Part shown: positions 61,816 through 64,000 of the stretch, piece by piece
Layout of the letters: every line of letters begins with the position of its first letter
Numbering within the stretch: the stretch's first letter is position 1
DNA from: an uncultured bacterium
Lineage (GTDB): Bacteria; Zixibacteria; MSB-5A5; CAIYYT01
Direction: 5' to 3'
Length of the DNA stretch: 64,000 nucleotides
NCBI GenBank assembly: GCA_963726455.1
Contig: CAVSCK010000004.1
Location: 1,536,001 to 1,600,000 of the forward strand
The notes under the pieces: model-generated
Seen by the model: only the letters and a program-made list of their open reading frames with translations
Databases searched by the model: none
What the model was told of the DNA's origin: nothing
Made by a program: the position numbers and the translations under genes

Positions 61816-62673
61816 TCACCGCTTCCGCAAGACCACTCCGCGACCCTTGCCGTTGTAATCTACGATGGTTTCCAGAATGTCGAAGCGAGCAGAATCCTGT
61901 ACTATTCGGCGAATTTCTGCCACTTGATTCTCACCGATCTCAAAAATCAGCAGCCCTCGCGGTTTAAGGTAACCAGGCGCCTCCTCGATCAACCTGCGGA
62001 TGACACTGAGTCCATCCGGTCCGGCCACCAGCGCCGTACGCGGCTCATATTCACGTACTTCCGGCATTAATCCAGCCAGGTCCGGCTCTGGAATGTAGGG
62101 TGGATTGGAGACGATCAGATCGAAGAGTTCCCCGCGCTCCAGCGGTTCCAGCAGGTTCCCTGTTCTCAAGACTACGCGATTCTCCAGGTTGTGGCCTTTC
62201 ACGTTTTCGCGGGCCAGTTCAAGGGCCGTGGGACTGATATCCGTCGCGATAATGCGAACATCGGGGCGGCTGACTGCCAAGGCAATAGCGATGCAGCCGG
62301 TTCCGGTACCGATATCGGCGGCCAGGGGATCACGCACGTCGACGATTGCATCGAGAGCGCGTTCGACGATTACCTCAGTTTCAGGCCGTGGAATCAGCGC
62401 GGATGGGGTGCACTTTATCGTGAGGCCGAACCATTCGGTTTCGCCGACGATGTATTGTAGCGGTTCGCGATTCAGTTTGCGGGCGATCAGAGAGCGATAT
62501 TCGTCAACGATCGGTTCGGGCACCGGGTCGGAATCCTTCACGTAAAGATCAACGCGGCGAAGCTTCAGGAGATGTCGGATTATGATTTCGGCAGCTACAC
62601 GGGGATTGACAATACTCGCGGATTTAAGCTGTTGTTGCCCCCAATCCAGCAGTTCGCGAATCGTGTGAGCCAT
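61816..62673 (-). CDS. prmC: Release factor glutamine methyltransferase
   Basis: EPLQYIVG, LIPRPETE, DIGTGTG, SNPPY. Confidence 0.96.
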   Translation of the reverse strand: MAHTIRELLDWGQQQLKSASIVNPRVAAEIIIRHLLKLRRVDLYVKDSDPVPEPIVDEYRSLIARKLNREPLQYIVGETEWFGLTIKCTPSALIPRPETEVIVERALDAIVDVRDPLAADIGTGTGCIAIALAVSRPDVRIIATDISPTALELARENVKGHNLENRVVLRTGNLLEPLERGELFDLIVSNPPYIPEPDLAGLMPEVREYEPRTALVAGPDGLSVIRRLIEEAPGYLKPRGLLIFEIGENQVAEIRRIVQDSARFDILETIVDYNGKGRGVVLRKR

Positions 62674-62682
62674 CGCCCGCGA

Positions 62683-62904
62683 TCAGGCCAGGAGCCGGGC
62701 TACATGATCGGGAAAGGAGTCGGCCTGATGATGATAATTGCGATGCAAAGCACAGCCGTGACGTCTGCTTCCGAAAAGCGTGTAGTTTGGCGCGCTCGCT
62801 TCATCGATCTCTTCAGACGGGCCACCAAAGGACAGATCCGGCAACCCCATGACAGCAACACCGCCGACAACCGCTGCGCGTATCAAAAAATCGCGACGCT
62901 GCAT
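62683..62904 (-). CDS. Small protein with twin-arginine-like signal peptide
   Basis: MQRRDFL followed by a hydrophobic stretch; fills the gap between tldD/pmbA and prmC. Confidence 0.5.
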   Translation of the reverse strand: MQRRDFLIRAAVVGGVAVMGLPDLSFGGPSEEIDEASAPNYTLFGSRRHGCALHRNYHHQADSFPDHVARLLA

Positions 62905-62906
62905 GC

Positions 62907-64000
62907 TTAACCTTCCGTTTTCTCAAGAGTGAAATACTTGACTTTCAGCGCCGGCACGAGCATCGCAACGGAATACTGCGGATACAACTGCCGTTCGCTG
63001 GAGACCATATCGACATTGTTGAGCGCTTCCATAATCGACTGACTGATACGCATATTCTTGATCGGTTTGGTGACTACGCCGTTTTCGATCATGAACGTGC
63101 CGTCGCGCGTGGTAGCAGTCACCATTGTCTTCATCGGGTTGAGGTAGTTCACATACCAGAAGTGGGTGATGTAGACACCCTTGACCGTCGATTTGACCAT
63201 CTCTGCCAGCGAGGTCGTACCGGCATCCATCACCATATGCTTGGGATAGGGGCCAAAACTATTGTTCGGCGGAAGCGCATGACCGGTGGACTCGACTCCG
63301 GCCAGACGGGCATAATACGAGTTATAGACTGCGCCTCTGGCAATCCCCTTCTCGATTAACGGCACCCGCTTGCGAGGAACGCCTTCGTAATCGAACGGCA
63401 CGCCCAGCATCTGCGGATGGAATGGGTCTTCGGTGATCGTGATATTTTCGCCACAAATCTTTTCGCCGATCTTGCCGGACATGAAGGAGCGTTTCTCAAC
63501 GAACGTCTTGCCGCCGAATCCCATGAACGCGAAGAACAGTAGTAACTGCCCGACAGCGGCGGGTTCAAGAATCACAGCATACTGGCCTGAATCGTACGGC
63601 ACCGGATCGGTAGAGCGCACGGCTTTATCCACGGCCGTCGTCGCCAACAGATCAGGATTTACGCGCTTGAAACTGCGGTCATAACCGATACTCCAGCCAG
63701 CGTTGTCTTTATTGCCCGTGACCGTCATCGACAGCTCGGACTTGGTACTACTATTGAACTGCTCGACGCCGAGTGAATTGACTACCGCCAATGTTTCGGT
63801 CGAGGTGCGAAACGCTCCGGCGGCCTGCAGGTCAGCTTTGTTGGATTTATCTATGACTTTCTTGACGGCATCGGCTCGTTGCTGCGGCGTACAGTCGGCG
63901 GTATCTTTGAAATAGGTCGTCGTCTTTTCGACCGGTTGCGGCGACGGCAGCGAACTGAACTGCTCATCAGCAGGCATCAATTGACTAATATCGCAGGCAT
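62907..64000 (-). CDS. TldD/PmbA family protein, 5' end outside the window
   Basis: YAVILEPAAVG, PFDYEG, STGHA, TRDGTF.IENG. Confidence 0.9.
   Translation of the reverse strand, partial: ACDISQLMPADEQFSSLPSPQPVEKTTTYFKDTADCTPQQRADAVKKVIDKSNKADLQAAGAFRTSTETLAVVNSLGVEQFNSSTKSELSMTVTGNKDNAGWSIGYDRSFKRVNPDLLATTAVDKAVRSTDPVPYDSGQYAVILEPAAVGQLLLFFAFMGFGGKTFVEKRSFMSGKIGEKICGENITITEDPFHPQMLGVPFDYEGVPRKRVPLIEKGIARGAVYNSYYARLAGVESTGHALPPNNSFGPYPKHMVMDAGTTSLAEMVKSTVKGVYITHFWYVNYLNPMKTMVTATTRDGTFMIENGVVTKPIKNMRISQSIMEALNNVDMVSSERQLYPQYSVAMLVPALKVKYFTLEKTEG

Noticed and set aside
1-64000. tRNA, rRNA, CRISPR arrays, integrases or transposases
   Set aside because: None recognised by eye on either strand.

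Overview
Bacterial chromosomal window. A C-terminal dockerin-like repeat (GDANGD..DISDAVFLIAYIF.GGP) and a PorV-like barrel suggest candidate phylum Zixibacteria (inference). It carries housekeeping genes (hemW, ADP-forming acyl-CoA ligase, glnS, glmS, mntP, sodA, prmC, tldD/pmbA, bshB1-like) and dense signalling: an RsbV/RsbW/RsbU module, an NtrY/NtrX-like sigma54 pair, a GAF-PAS kinase plus Ser/Thr kinase-TPR, an ECF sigma/anti-sigma pair, and a CHASE4-PAS kinase with HDOD/HD regulators. There is also a lone AIPR defence gene. Many genes at 20-37 kb are split by frameshifts, probably assembly indels. Main finding: a 25-aa peptide gene absent from the ORF track (34358-34435, minus, MELYNLMIEVLEEKVAP-GGFSQGGQ). 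It has its own promoter, strong RBS, RBS-pairing leader and terminator, lies just downstream of an RRE/PqqD-M50 protease-HlyD fusion, and converges on a kinase-TPR operon. This looks like a RiPP-like peptide processing/export and possible signalling system. Also notable: a structured sigma54-type sRNA candidate divergent from glmS, a circularly permuted cupredoxin, and a putative SigH-like oxidative-stress regulon.
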